A DNA stretch of 64,000 bases from Eledone cirrhosa (Eukaryota). The position numbers were made by a program, and so were the translations under genes. Below, piece by piece: positions 39,871 to 54,106 of the stretch. The notes under the pieces are model-generated. The model made no database searches, was not told where the DNA came from, and saw nothing but the letters and a program-made list of their open reading frames with translations. The stretch lies in assembly GCA_964016885.1 (NCBI GenBank), contig OZ024742.1, positions 111,166,001 through 111,230,000 on the forward strand, read 5' to 3'. Position 1 is the first letter of the stretch; each line of letters opens with the position of its first letter.

Positions 39871-41133
39871 AGTCCGTCATCTACTACCGCCTGACCGTCG
39901 TGCCTTGTCCTAAGCCTCGCCTGACTGCGCTGGAGCGTTTGCTCTTTCGATTTTTGTGGAAGGGACGAGCTCCGATGGTCAGGCGGTCCATCTGCTGTCA
40001 ACACCCGCTACGTGGAGGGCTGGGCGTGCAGTGGTTGATGATGCACAGGCTACCACATCTCCACCTCTTCCTCGACGGTGATCAGGTGTGGTCGCCGTTT
40101 GCTAGACGCGTCTTTCTCCAGCTCGTCTCCTTGACGGAACTGTAGTCCTGGGTCAAGCGAAGACCAAGTGGGAGCGCTTGGAGACTGGAATGTCTTCAGG
40201 CGCTCACATCCCTCGACCAATCGGGCAATGTGATAGGTGGTAACTCCACCTCGGCGTTCTATAGAGGATTAGTGGAAGGGAAGAGCGACTACGTACTTGG
40301 GGAAATTCTAGGCGTCGACGAAAATCAACTAGCCAATCTCTTCGGAAGAACTTTCGGGCCGGGGCCTATGGACAACTTCCAGAAATCCCTGGCCTGGCAG
40401 TGCTACCGTGGAGTTTGCTAGTTCGGGATAAACTCTACAGGCATGGCGGTGCCGTCAGCCGGGCATGTCCGAGATGCGCGCAGGGCGACGAAACCGTCCT
40501 GAACGCATTCGTCCAGTGTCCGAGCATTGCTGACATGTAGGTTTATGTTGAACATCTGCTGTCGCATGTAGGACGGTTCCAGCTATCAGCTGAGTTCATC
40601 GTGAGGATTGCCCTGCCCTCTTCCTATAGCCGGGAAGGGCAGGCAGTTTTTATCTGTCTGGTACCCATGGCGAAAGAGATAGTATGGTGGACACGTTTGA
40701 AAGGGCTGAAGACGAGCACTTGCCTCTTCGGGGATGCTTTGAGTAACTTTTTCAAATTTCATTTGAAAAGGAAAATCAGGGTAGAGATGGAATTGCTCTC
40801 TTCCCAGCATTTTGTTGAAAGATGGGTGAGAGAAGCAAGAATGGCCCGAGTGATTGGGCCTAATCTGAGTATGTGTCTGTAAATTAAAGGTGGAAAACTG
40901 GGAGATGGCACTTGCCCTGGTGGTCAGGGTCACTGTGGCTTTTTAATGGGCTTTCTCCACGAATGTCCCTCGGAAGTCTCCCCCCTATTGGGGAATTTTT
41001 TCATTGTTCTATTATTACATCCTCTGTTTCTTGTGTTTTTTACACGCAGAAATGCCCTTTTGTACCGTCCTGTATTGTCCTGTACTGTCTTTAATGTCTA
41101 CTTTGTGTAAACCCTTGTGGTTAATAAAGAAAG
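39871..41133 (+). mobile_element. Tx1-like LINE 3' fragment (second subfamily)
   Basis: FLWKGRAPMVRRSIC..P..GGLG; MDNFQKSLAWQCYRG; 3' AATAAA; preceded by (TAT)n. Confidence 0.9.
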
Positions 41134-41135
41134 CA

Positions 41136-41459
41136 TTGGCAGTATTGGTAGGGTGTCGGATGCCATGCATTGGCGCATAGAGTTACGGCCATTGCCATTC
41201 TGAGTTAAAATCCCGCCGAGGTTAACTTTGCCTTTCATCCATACGGTGTCGATAAAATAAAATACCAGTAATACACTGGATAATTGCTGGCCTTGTGCCT
41301 AACGTAGACACAATTATTATTATTATTATTATTATTATTATGATCTGAGTTCAAATCCCTCCGAGGTTAACTTTGCCTTTCATCCTTACGGGGTCGATAA
41401 AATAAAATACCAGTAATGCACTGGAATAATTGCTGGCCTTGTGCCAAAAGTAGAAACAA
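41136..41459 (+). mobile_element. Two tandem Nin-domain SINEs (41136-41313, 41341-41459) separated by (TAT)n
   Basis: Homologous to 15199-15373. Confidence 0.85.
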
Positions 41460-41472
41460 TTATTATTATTAT

Positions 41473-44400
41473 TTTTCCTTGAGTCTCAGTCACTGATGTT
41501 AGTTAACTGGAAAGTTTGTTGAAATGAATATCAAGCCACTACCTGCAGCCTCAGATATTCAGGACTTATCGGAGGGTTCTTGCTGTTCCCAGCAAGCATG
41601 CCTTTTGAAGTGTTCCAAATAGCGGGGCGGGGCCAATTTTCTTTAACCATCTCTGGAAACTTTTTGAGATAGTACCTAGTGCGTCTATGACAATCGGGAC
41701 CACTTTTACTTCATGGCAGTTCCAAATCCTTTTTTTACCTCCCACTTTAAGTCCTGGTATCGGTTAATTTACTCCCGCTCCTTCTCTTGCAATCCCGTGT
41801 CGAATGGGCAGGCCACATCCACAATCAGGCACGATCTTTTTTCCTTGTCCAAAACCACCAGGTCAAGTCTATTGTGTTTCAGTTTCTTGTCCGTCTGTAT
41901 CCTAAAATCCCACAGCACCTTCACCTATCGTTTCTATCACCGACTCTGGTTATGCTCATACCACTTCTCAGAATGTGGTAAATTGTTTACTTTGCATAGG
42001 TAACAGTGGATAACCCTGCCCATCACATCATGTCTCCAGCCTTTATAGTGAGTCTGGGCTAGGTGTTTACACTCGGATACAATGTGAGCCACAGTCTCCT
42101 CTCTCTCTCCAGAGATCCTGCACAGTGGGCTAGCCTCCTCCTTGTAAATATGGTGTTTCAGCCACTTCGTTTTGAGGGCTTGCTCTTGCTCAGCCATTAG
42201 CATTCCTTCTGTAGCATTTTTAAGGTCTCATCTTTTCAACCAGTTCCATGTCTGTGGATCTCTGAATTCAGTTTTCTCAAAGAAGGTAATATGAAGGAAT
42301 TTTTCCTGAAGGCTGCTCTTTCTCCTTGTTGTTATTACCTCCTTGGACATCCCCTGGTCTACTGTCCTCTCCTTCAGTACTATTCTGAGGATTGGCTCCT
42401 TACTATCAGTCACGTATTTGTGTAGGTTGTTTTTTCTAAATCTGAACACAGTCCTATATGCTGATAAGGCCTCTTCCACCTTCAGATTTCCTTAAGTAGA
42501 GTCTATCGACATCACTCCTCTTGTGGAACATGTTGTAGATAGTCAATAGCTTCCTAGTCTTCCTATCCATTTCTTTTTGTTCAGCAACATTCTATCTCAG
42601 AATTCACGCACTGTACCTAATAATAGATACAGCTCGGGAATTTACTGCACTTATGGCATTCCTACTGTTCAGATGTGACTTTAATACGCTCCTTATTCTC
42701 CGAATGTATTCCGATCTTATCAATTCCTTCATTTTTCTGTTCTTGATGCCATCAGCCTCCAGAACACCCAAATACTTGTATCCTTCTTCAGTGTCACTTT
42801 CCTTTATCATCTCACCTGTTGGTACCTAGATTCTGTTGCTTCTGCTCAATTTACCCCTCTTCATCACAAGGATTCCACACTTACTAATACCAAATTGCAT
42901 ACATATATCATTGCTGAAAATACGGAGTGTCAACAAGGACATCCAACTCCTTCTCACTCTTCCCGAAGAGCTTAAGATCGTCCATGAAGGGGAGGTGATT
43001 GATCGTAAGCTCTCCCTTTCCCAACTTGTATCCAGCTCTCACTTTTCGCAGTATAATGGTCAGGGGCATCGGGGCAAGGTCAAACAACAGAGGGGACAGA
43101 CTATCTCCCTGAAAGATACCTCTCTTGATCTTCACGCCTCCCAAGGATTCTCCAGCTGATGTTAACTCTGTTTTCCAGGACTTCATACTTTTGCATAACA
43201 ACTGGCTGATGTTATCTCCCACCTTGAAGATATCTAGGCTTTTAGTGATCCAAGAATGAGGCACCATGTCAAATGCCTTTTTGTAGTCTATCCATCCCAT
43301 GGCAAGACCAGTGTGTCTCCTCTTGCAATTCCTCATTACCATCTTATCAATAAGTAACTGGTCCTTTGTACCACGGGACTTCTATCGGCATCCTTTCTGT
43401 TCGTCCGGTAACAAGTTGTTTGTGTGGAGGTGATGGTAGATTTCCTCAGACACAATGTTTGTCAACAGTTTCCACATTACGGACAGACATGTGATAGGTC
43501 TATAGTTGGTAACATCATTACCCTTGATTCGGTCTTTCATTACCAGAACTGTAGTACCTTTTGTCAACCACTCAGGTACCTCACCTGACATCAAGCAGTC
43601 ATTGAACATGGTTGTCAGTTTCGGGTGGAGGAATGTGATATTTTTAATCCAATACCCCTGCACACCATCTGGGCCTGGTGATTTCCAGTTGGTTAGTTTT
43701 TTGGCCTGCCCCTTAAGAGTTTCAACTGCGATACTCAAATCAGTTTGTTGGTGTGCCTGTTCACTAATCTCCTTTTTTACTGTCTTAATCCACACTGCCT
43801 GGTTATTATGTTTAACATCCTGCTCCCATATTCCTCTCCAGAATGTCTTAGTTTGTTCCGCCTCAGGGATCAAATTGTTGACTCTTTCTTTCCCTTCAAG
43901 CTGTCCAAACAACATCTTCTGGTTGTTGTCAAACATGCGGTTCTGTCTATACTGACTGACTCTGCTCTCGTATCGCCTAATTTTTGCACTCTTTGCTACA
44001 ATGCGTTGCTTCAGTTCCTCTATGATAATATTTAGCTTTTTCCTCCTAGTTTTGTACTTTGTTTCCAGTCTAATTTTAGTGTCTATGTTTTTTAGTGTCC
44101 CATTCCGTCGGGACTCAAGCTTTCCAATGTCATTTCTCATTTCCCTGATTTGACCATTCAGTCATTTCTTCCACCAATGTTCTGATCTTTCTTGTTTGTT
44201 GTTTCCTCTCGCTTTTATGCCAAGTAATTTCCTCACCGCATTTGCTGTTACTTTGAGGATATTGTTGCACTGGTGAAGGCTCCTCGCCTCAAGGTATGGG
44301 ATGACTTTGTTTACCTTAGCTGTTGTTTTTTTTAACATTTTCCTGTCTACAAATCTTCGGTTCATAGGTTTCCCACTATCATTGTTCATTTCATCTACCA

Positions 44401-45020
44401 CTAAGTTTAGGATATCAACCAAATCTTGTCCTAGCCCGTCAACATTCATTTCCTCAATCGCCGTATCTTTGTTCCAGGTATTATTTATTTCAGTATTCAG
44501 ATCATTGTCGGCTTCGGATGCTTCCTCCGTTCTCTCAACCTCTTCACCTTTATTTCCCACTGGCTCGTTTGCCTGGCATACTCCACTCTCCATTTCCAAC
44601 CTAATCTCTCTGCTCAGTTCCTCTAGTTCCAGCTCGCTCATCCACCGATTAGTTCTTATTACCCGAGCCTGCCCGGCCAATTTTGGTTCATCTAATTTAA
44701 ATAGACCAATCTCGTTCCAGATGTTATGCATCCGTTTCCTATAGCCTTTTTCCTTGGGGTTACTCTTCAGGTAACATTGCATAACACTTCTATTCAATTC
44801 TTTCGTCCAGTTGGTTCTGGTCCCTTTTCTTCTTCTTTTCCTCCGACACCAGCAGTATTTGGTTGACAGCCAGGTCCCTGCTGCTGAGCCAGGGAGCACC
44901 TGCTGGGTAACAGTCTGTCACATGACATTCCAGTCTCCACTTCACCGTTATTCGAACTGTTTAGTTTCGACATTGAAACACTCTTATCGAGGATTGGTGA
45001 ATGTATGGTTACATCACCAC
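41473..45020 (-). mobile_element. Near full-length decayed R4/Dong-like LINE (RT plus restriction-like endonuclease)
   Basis: N-terminal NWTKELNRSVMQCY...[69 protein letters not shown]; 3' end abuts (TAA)n. Confidence 0.92.
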
Positions 45021-45791
45021 CGGTGATTTCATTACCACCGGTGATTTTAGCTTGGCACTATCACGCTGTAGACGAACATAAATAAACAAACAAACAAATA
45101 GGTAAAATCCCCCAAAATAAGCATAAGTCTCATTGTAATGTAATGTTTGAATGTCTGACTTTCTTTTATTTGCTTGTCTGTCTGTCTGTTTGTTTTTCTT
45201 TTTTTTCTTCTTTTCTTTACGTTTTTCGTTGCTGCTGTGCTGTTTTTATTTTTATTTTTAATTTTTTAATTTTTTGACCGGGTCATCAAATCAGTGTATT
45301 TATATCTTTTGATGTCTTCCTCATTTAGTGGGAATACTACGATGCCTGTCTTAGCAGGAGGTAGTGGGAGAGAATAGCGGCGGTAGCGATAATGAGGCAG
45401 TGGTGATGTGATCGTAGTACTGTAGTGATGGTGTTGAAGTTGTAGTAGAAATAGAAGTTGAGGTAACTTGACTAGAGTTTTTGGCGTGGTAGTGTTGATG
45501 GTAGCGGTGGTGGTGTTCATGGTGAAATTATTTGCCTGTCTGTCCACTTAGCCATTTTTTCTCTTTTTCCACTATAACATTTCTGCTCCAAAATTAAATA
45601 TTAAATATTGGGGCCCTATGCCGTAACGTGATGGGTTGTCGCTTGCTGAGGGTGAAAACTGTAATCTTATATTTCATTTGTAATAAGAATTATTCTATCA
45701 CAGTTGTTTTAAATAAATCAAAATCAAAAACTTACGGGAGCGATTACATAACGATATATATCCACCATGTGCGTTTTCTTCCCTATTATTA

Positions 45792-45828
<37 letters not shown>

Positions 45829-45829
<1 letters not shown>

Positions 45830-45997
45830 TGGCAGTATGGGTAGAGGGTCAGACACCATGCTTTCCAGCATAGTTACGTCCCTTTATGATCTGAGTTCAA
45901 ATCCCGCCGAGGTTGACTTTGCCTTTCATCCTTACGGGGTCGATAAAATAAAGTACCAGTAATGCACTGGCTCGCCTTGTGCCTAAAGTAGAAACAA
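45829..45997 (+). mobile_element. Nin-domain SINE in (TAT)n
   Basis: Same family as 15199; (TAT)n on both sides. Confidence 0.85.
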
Positions 45998-46470
45998 TTA
46001 TTATTATTATTGTCGTTATTATGTTTTTTTCGTGCAATCGCCTTACTGGATAACGAGTGGGCAGCCATCATGTATCTATCTATCTATCTATCTATCGTTG
46101 ATAGTAGACGTGTGTTACTTCGGCTGCAGCCTTTTTGGATTTGTATTACGTTTTTGACTGTGAGTTCGTGTTTCATTTGTTTTATTTGTGTGACCTAACC
46201 TCCCGCCTAGACTTGCAGACGGGTGGATATTTTATTTTTACCCCTTTTTTGGAGTAAAAACGACTTTGAAAAATTTATATACCAACTTACAATAATGGAC
46301 ACCATACATGAAAACACCACTGACTCGCCCCCCAGGGAAAGTGATAAAGAAGAACAAGTAACTCAACCTACTTAAGCTTCCCTTCTCTCGCTTTCGCATG
46401 CGAGTATGGAAGCAGATTTGACAAACAATTGTAGAAACTGGGTAATAACCCAAACAATGGAAACAGTAAC

Positions 46471-47724
46471 TTGAAAGAACGTATAAATTACACTGAGACC
46501 AACAACACCAACACAAATAACAAAGAAAATAACACAAACACACACAAAAGCGAAAACAGCAGCAACAATGACAAAGAAAACAACATAAATGTGAACTCAA
46601 AACACGAGAAAATGGGTGAAAACCACAAAAAACTGTACCGCAAACAACAGCAACAACCAAAACGCAAACACCCAAGAAAGCAAGAACAACAGCAACGAAA
46701 CACACACAAAAAAGACCCCACTACACGAACATCCTTTACCCAGGTCGTTAAGGAGACCGAAACTTTCACTCCAGTTGACATCAGTAATGCAGCGGAATTG
46801 CTAAAAGAGGGGAGACAACAGGTGAGCTTTGGTGAAAACAGTGAATTCACCATAATCTCCCCTAAGGAAATTAAAAGAGACACGGTCCTAAGGACAATTA
46901 ATTTTAGAACTATATCAAATGCTTCGAAAAAACCAGCTCAATTGTCGCATAGCGAAATTGAGCTGGTGTTAAAAGACGCGTCGAAGGACATGATTTTTAT
47001 TGAGAGAATGAAGTTATATGGGAGTCTGATAATTTTGATGAAGGACCAATTGGTGGCCTTAAAATACTCGGTGTTGCCAATTGTGTCCAAACAGTACACT
47101 TTCTTCCCCACCTACATGGGGAAGAAAACTCAAAAATAACATTCTCCGGTATACACCCAAATACAAATATGTGGTGGATACTAACTAGGAGGAATACTGC
47201 ACGATGAAGATGAACTCCTTGATATAGGCAAAGCCACCAGGGGCCACATTGGCAGTATAGGCATAGGTTCTGGTTCGTATGAAACCAGAACGTATCGCAA
47301 AGATACCCCAAAGAGTGTTATGGACATTGCAGTTGAGGGTAGGCGGCCCGCTTGCTACCTCTGTGGAGGCAGAGGTCACCTGAGGGCTGCCTGTCCTCAA
47401 CAAACTAAAAAACCTTTACTGCCAACACCTCCAAAAACACCACCACCACAACAACAGCAAATACAACAAATCAAAAAGAAAACTGAACACGGAAAAACCC
47501 AACCCCTCCACACCCAAAACAACTCCACAAATAAAAATACAATCACCACCACCACCACCACCACCCCCAAAATAACAAACACCAGTCAAGAAAAAACTGA
47601 ACACGGTCCCACCCAACCCCTCCCCACCAAAAAAACTCCAACAACATACATAACAAAACCCCAAAATATACCCCTCCCCTCCAACATGGAAGTGGATCTC
47701 TTAACGTCAGAAGACGAGCGGTAA
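46471..47724 (+). pseudogene. Tx1-like ORF1 (frameshifted)
   Basis: Low-complexity N-terminus, central domain, EGRRPACYLCGGRGHLRAACP CCHC knuckle. Confidence 0.75.
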
Positions 47725-48235
47725 CCCTTCCAAAAAAATAAAGCGAAAAAAAAAAGAAAACACACCACACCCTCACAAAGAAAATTTACCCCTCCCCAAT
47801 ACAAAACAAAACACAAAAAAATACAGAACAAAAACCAACAAAAATTACACGGACACAGCTATACACATACTTCAACACAAAAAATATAAAACTTGTAAAC
47901 AAAATTGAACAAAACCCTTCTGTGCAAACCGAAGGGCCAAATTTCACGAGGGACACAGGGAACCCCTATTTAAAAATGATTAAAACTCCGATAGACATTT
48001 ATATAGAACTAAAAGATAAATTTACTGAGGACGTGTCCCCCCCCCAGTGTAAAACCAATGAACCGCGCCCTCTTGAAAACTTTCCCCACACCCACACCAT
48101 GCCAAACACCCTAACCCCTCCACACTCTGATGTCCCCATACCCCCACAAACCCCCACCCACCAACATCCCCTCCCTCACCCCCATGGAAGTAAGGATATA
48201 GGTGCCTTTTCTTTTTCTTCCCCTTCGACGTCAAC

Positions 48236-51200
48236 ATGGCTGTATTGAGAGTAGGATGTTTGAATGCGCGTGGCCTGAGCTCACCTTGGAAGCAGGCAAA
48301 ATTTCTAAATGACCTCAGGTCACGCAGTATAAATGCCATGGCAATTTGCGAGTCCAGGGTCAGCAGCGAACGCCAGCTAGGCCCCACCTTTAACGACTTT
48401 GAGATCTATACATCACTCTGTCGGCCAGGAGGTGGGGGTGGGGTTGTAGTTCTGCTGCAAAAACACCTGGGCCTCGCAACGCAGACGGTGCACTTGGACC
48501 CGGAGGGTCGACTGGTGGTACTAGACGTTGGTAGTGGTGAAAGTGGAGCCTTTAGGCTGGTCGCCGCCTATGCCCCTTTTGGGGCAGCGAGGTTGGACTT
48601 CTTCCAACGTCTGGAGACTTTTCTAGGGACGTTCCGCTCCTTGCTTTTAGTGGGGGACTGGAATGGAATCCTAGATGCACGTTGGGACTATGCAGGGGCA
48701 TGTCTTGATAGAGGGGTGTAACAGCCTCAAACGGTTAATCGGCCGATTTGACCTGGCCGATAGATATCGACTAGATTTTTCGACTGCGCCAATCTGAACT
48801 TGGACTAACCGCAGCGGATCATCTAGGTCGTACCTAGATAGGGTCCTAGTTAGAAATAAGGACAGGGACCTACTAAGTTGTCCAGAGATGCGCATGGTTG
48901 GCTATTCAGATCACAAATTAGTGACATGCTTAGTCAACCTTGATAGAACGCATTGACAGGGACCCGGTTACTGGAAGCTGAACTTGTCCTTACTGGCAAG
49001 TAAAGCTTACAGGGTTCGGATTAGCCCTTTAGTTAAGGAACAGTTGACGGGGCTATCGTCAACAGCAGGTGGTGGGGCTCTCTTAAGAATTAGCCTCAAA
49101 TACGAATAGGAAGGAAAGGGAGTTGGTAGATAGAGTAGAAAGGCGATTAGAAGCGGCAACTTAGCCAGAGTGCTAGCGTCTAGAGCGGCTTTAGACCAGT
49201 TTTTCGACGCGAAGCACGAAGGCTGCGTTGTCAGAAGCGAAATACGTGATCTAGGAAACGAGGGGGCCAAAGCTGTTAGGTCGGCCCGCGTGACAGAAGC
49301 CAAAAGTGGGATTAAATCCACTATCTGGTCTTTGAAGGACCAGGATGGACCGGTGAGCCTTGAACCTGAACAGATGTGTGAGGCATTTGAAAGGCACTTT
49401 CCACGACTGTTCGGGAGGGGCGGAGGGCCGGATGTGGATGTGGATTTCGGTCCATACCTCGACGGCCTACCGCGTCTTTCGAACGAGGAGGCGAAGTCCT
49501 TCGAAAGGCAGATTTCAGCTGCTTAAATAGGGGACGTGCTGAGCCAATGCGGCAAACGCAAATCCCCGGGTCTCGATGGTCTTCCATACGAACTTTATGT
49601 AGCGATGCCGGACTTTTTCTCCGATCTCCTCGAGGCGGTCTACTGCAACTGGTAACAGAACGGGAGAATTCCCTGTTCTGTGACCAAGGCCGTAGTCTCG
49701 CAATGAGGAAGGACGAAAACAAGGGGGATGAAATAAGTAATTTCAGGCCTGTAACTCTGCTAAATGCGGAGTTAAAGATTTTGGCCAAAGTGTTAGCAAA
49801 GAGATTGGCGCTTGTCGTGGGCGACCTGGTGGGAGATGCGCAGACATGCGCTATCCTGTCCAGGTCCATTCACGACAACCTCCACCTCATGCGATACATC
49901 ATAGAGAGGGTAGGGAATGAACCCGGCTTTGGTGGGGCACTGATCAACTTGGGTCAATCTAAGGCGTTCGATAGGGTCGACCATGGTTACCTGGATACGG
50001 TGCTAGCGGCGGCAGGTTTCGTTACTGGCATGCACAGTAGCCGCATCTGCTCGAGGGTCAAGGTGAACGGCTACCTATCGGAGCCGTACCAAATCGCGCT
50101 GTCCATCCGACAAGGGTGCCCCTCTTCTCCCTTCTGTATGTGCTGGCTCTCGAGTCACTGCTACGGAAGTTGATGTTGTTGCAGGGCATCCCCTTGGAAC
50201 CGGGATTGCGGAAAGCGGCGTCGGCCTACGCCGATGAGTAAGGGTGTCGAGTACCTTGGAAAAGGGGGCGATCGGCACCTTACTGAAGGAATACGAAAGC
50301 TTTAGAGGGGAGAAGCTGAACCGGGACAAGTCCGTCAGTTTGCAACTCGGCGCGTGGAGGGGCAAACCGATGCCCTCCGACGGCATCGCCGGACGCTGGA
50401 CGGAGAGCCCGGTGAAGCTGCTAGGGTTTCGTTCGCACCAGACTTCCAGGTGGAGAAGAACTGGGGTGAGGTAATAAACAGGGTGTTTGCACAGAACCAG
50501 AAGTGGGCCGTGTGCAAGCTATCCCTGAAAGGTCGGGCAGAGGTGGCGAACGCTTGTATGGCGTCTGTCATCTATTACCACTTGACTGTCGTACCTTGCC
50601 CAGGTGAAATGCTCACCAAAATGGAGCGCGCACTCTTCCAATTCCTTTGGAAGAAGCGGACTCCTTTGGTGAGGAAATCCATCTCCTGTCAACACCCTTC
50701 GAAACGAGGGTTGGGGATGCCCTGGCTGCAGATGCATACATACGCATTAAGGCTACGGCACCTCCAGATATTCCTCACGGATCAACCGGTGTGGGCCCCG
50801 TTTCTGAGGCGAGCCTTTCCGAGACTCGTCTCGCTTACTGAGCTGCAATCCTGGGTCAAGCAAAGACCGAGAAAACTGGGTGCCTGGCACACGGAGTGTA
50901 CTCAGACGCTCACGGCTCTCTGGTAGGCGGACCCAGCTATCAGTGGAGACTCCACCTCGACATTCTATAGAGGGTTGATCATCAGCAGGTGCGACGAGCC
51001 CTTGGAGAAGCCCTAGGCATGAAGGAGGAAGAACTGGCCAGCCTGTTTGGTAGGAAATTTGGCCCGGGACCGATGGACAACTTCCAGAGGTCCCTGGCCT
51101 GGCAGTGCTACCGTGGGGCTCTGCCCGTTCGAGAAAGCTCTACAGACACGGGCGCCCGGGTAGGGACCCTTCGAAAAAGATCTGTCCGAGATGCGTGTGC

Positions 51201-51598
51201 GACGAGGAAACCGTCGCGCACGCATTGGTACACTTCCCGGGCGTTGCCGACCTGTGGGGCATGTGCAACGACTGCTGTCACGGGTGGGACCAATCCGGTT
51301 GACCACCGAGTCCATTGTTTCGATCAAATCGCCTCCCCCCTTCAAAAACGAAGGAGAGGCGGCCTTCCTCTGTGTAATAGCCATGGTGAAAGAGGTTGTA
51401 TGGTGGACGTGTTTGAAAGGACTAAGGTCGGACACCTTTCTCTCCGGCCAACAACTGGTCCTTTTCTTCCGATATCATTTCGGAAGAAGGATCAGGATGG
51501 AGAGAGAGGTAATCCACCCCAGCCAGTTTTATGAAAGGTGGGTGAAAGTGGCGAGAATGGCCCGTGTGAATGGGCCTTTCCTCTACATCAGCCTGTAG
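48236..51598 (+). pseudogene. Tx1-like ORF2 (APE endonuclease, RT, CCHC), multiple stops/frameshifts
   Basis: LNARGL, ICES, AYAP, VGDWN, YLDRV, SDH, YWKLN, NFRPVTLLN, KAFDRV, RQGCP, YAD, CPRC..ET..H...P. Confidence 0.9.
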
Positions 51599-51846
51599 GT
51601 GGAAAGAATAGGAGACGAAGGGAGCACCCTCTCTTTGTGCTCCCCAGGAGAAGGTTTGCACATTTTTTAAGGGGTATGTGCGACCCACAAATCTCCCCCT
51701 CCCTATTGAGGACTTCGATTGTTTTATATTGTTTGTTATATTTTTGAAATCGTTTTATTGTATGTAGACTCCCCCCCCCCCTGTATTTGTCCCAATCTTT
51801 TATGCCCTGGTGAAAAAATAAATAAAAAGTTATCTATCTATCTATC

Positions 51847-53160
51847 CAGAAGGGGGCAGAGTGCAAACTCTTCTTGAAAGATCGAGCGGAGGTGGCGAAC
51901 ACTTTCATATCGTCCGTCATCTACTACCGCTTGACTGTCGTGCCTTGTCCCCGTAACATCTCGCCAAGCTGGAACGCATGCTCTTCCAGTTTCTGGTGAG
52001 GAAATCCGTCTGCTCTCATCACTCTTCCAACAGATGTCTGGGAATGCCGTGGCTGATGATGCGCAAACATACGCTGAGACTGCGGCATCTCCCGGTATTC
52101 CTCGCCGACCCCCCAACCTGTGTGGCCACCGTTTGTGAGACAGGCTTTCCCACAGCTCCTCTCGCTGACGGAGTTGCAGTACTGGGTCAAGAAAAGACCA
52201 AAAACGATGGGCGCCTGGAACATTGAATGCGCTCAGGCGCTCACAGTCCTCTTGCAAACGGGCGCAGCAATCAGTGGAGACTCCACTTCGACATTCTATA
52301 GAGGGATTGTACGTTATAAGGGCGACGACGTGCTCGGAGAGACCCTGGGCGTCGAAGACGATGAGCTCACCAGTCTGTTTGGTAGGACTTTCCGCCCGGG
52401 ACCTATGGACAACTTCCAGAGGTCGCTGGCCTGGCAGAGCTACCGAGGAGCTCTACCGGTTCGTGACAAGATCTACAGGCACGGACGCCCCGGCAGGGAT
52501 CCTTCCAAGAGGACGTGTTCAAGATGCGCGCAGGTCATTGAAACAGTCCTGCACGCAATTGTACACTGCCCGGGCGTAACCGACCTGTGGAACTATGCAG
52601 AACAACTGCTGTCGCGTATGGGACAAATCCAGTTGATTGCCGAGTCCATAGTAAGGATCAGACCACCAGCCTCTTTCAAAAACGAAAGAGAGGTGGTTTT
52701 CCTCTGTACAGTGGCTATGGTGAAAGAAGTTATATGGTGGACGAGATTGAGAGGACTGAGGACAGATGCCTTTCTCTCCGGACAACAATTGATACCCTTC
52801 TTTAAGTATCACTTTAGAAGGAGAATCAGAGTGGAGAGAGAGGCACTGCACCCCAGTAAATTTACTGAAAGGTAAATGAATGAAGCGAAAATGGCCCGAG
52901 TGATTGGGCCTTCTCTGTTTATAAGCCTGTAGGTTAAAGAAGAGAGCAAAAGGAAGAAAGGAGCACTTGCACAACACGCTCCTGGAGTTGAGGGTTGACT
53001 ATCGACGGGGTATTAAACAACCCATTTGTGGCGCTTCCCCCTATTGGGCATTTCGATTGTTGTAATTGTGTGTTTTATATTTTTTACTCGATTGTATGTA
53101 AAATCCCCGGCATGTCTTTGTATTGTCCCCTTTTCTTGTGCGCCATTGTGGCAAATAAAG
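51847..53160 (+). mobile_element. Second Tx1-like copy (5'-truncated), head-to-tail
   Basis: ORF 52120-52875 with CSRC..ETVLHAIVHCP; followed by (TATC)n 53161-53233. Confidence 0.9.
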
Positions 53161-53161
53161 A

Positions 53162-53233
<72 letters not shown>

Positions 53234-53701
53234 AGTTGTATGGTGGACGCGTCTGAAAGGACTGAGGTCAGGCACCTTTCTCTCTGGCCAACAACTGGTC
53301 CGTTTCTTCCGATATCATTTCGGAAGAAGGATCAGGATGGAGAGAGAGGTGCTCCACCCCAGTCGGTTTTATGAAAGGTGGGTGAAAGTGGCGAGAATGG
53401 CCCGTGTGAATGGGCCTTCTCTTTACATAAGCCTGTAGGTGGAAAAGAGGAAGGAACGAGGGAGCACCCCCTCTCTGTGCTCCTGAGGAAAAGGGTTGCA
53501 CACTTTTTTCGGGGGTGTGTGCGACCCCCCAAGGCGCCTCTTCTCTATTGAGGATTTTGTTATAAATTTTATTTTTTGTTATATTTTATTTTATTTTTAT
53601 ACTTTGTTATTGCATCCTCCTTATTGAGGACGCCCTTTTGTGTAAACTCCCCCCTTTGTACTTGTCCCACTTTTGATGCCCTGGTGGCAAATAAAAGAAA
53701 C
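53234..53701 (+). mobile_element. Third Tx1-like copy (short 3' end), head-to-tail
   Basis: Close match to 51396-51830; followed by (TATC)n from 53703. Confidence 0.9.
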
Positions 53702-53702
53702 A

Positions 53703-53745
<43 letters not shown>

Positions 53746-54014
53746 ATATCTATCTATATATCTATCCATCCATCTAACTTCAACATACTGCCTTCGAATT
53801 CAATACTATTCGAACACTCATTCATATTTACACCTATGTGATAATATTGTAACAGTAATGTTGTAACACTACGTCGATTTCTCAATCTTGCTTACATAAA
53901 TATTTATTGATCTATCTATACCAGCATTCGAAACACTAACACAAATTTCTCATAACATCTCTCTCTCCCTCTCTCTCTATATATATGTATATAAACAAAC
54001 ACACACACACACAA

Positions 54015-54045
<31 letters not shown>

Positions 54046-54106
54046 ATATATATAGAGAAGAACACACACAAGAGTATGAAAAATAAGAGGCTGAATTAAG
54101 TGCAAG

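Larger units (their letters stand above)
46097..51830 (+). mobile_element. Full-length decayed L1/Tx1-clade LINE inserted in (TATC)n
   Basis: 5' UTR, ORF1 with zinc knuckle, ORF2 APE-RT-CCHC, AATAAA; (TATC)n at 46073-46096 and 51831-51846. Confidence 0.92.
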
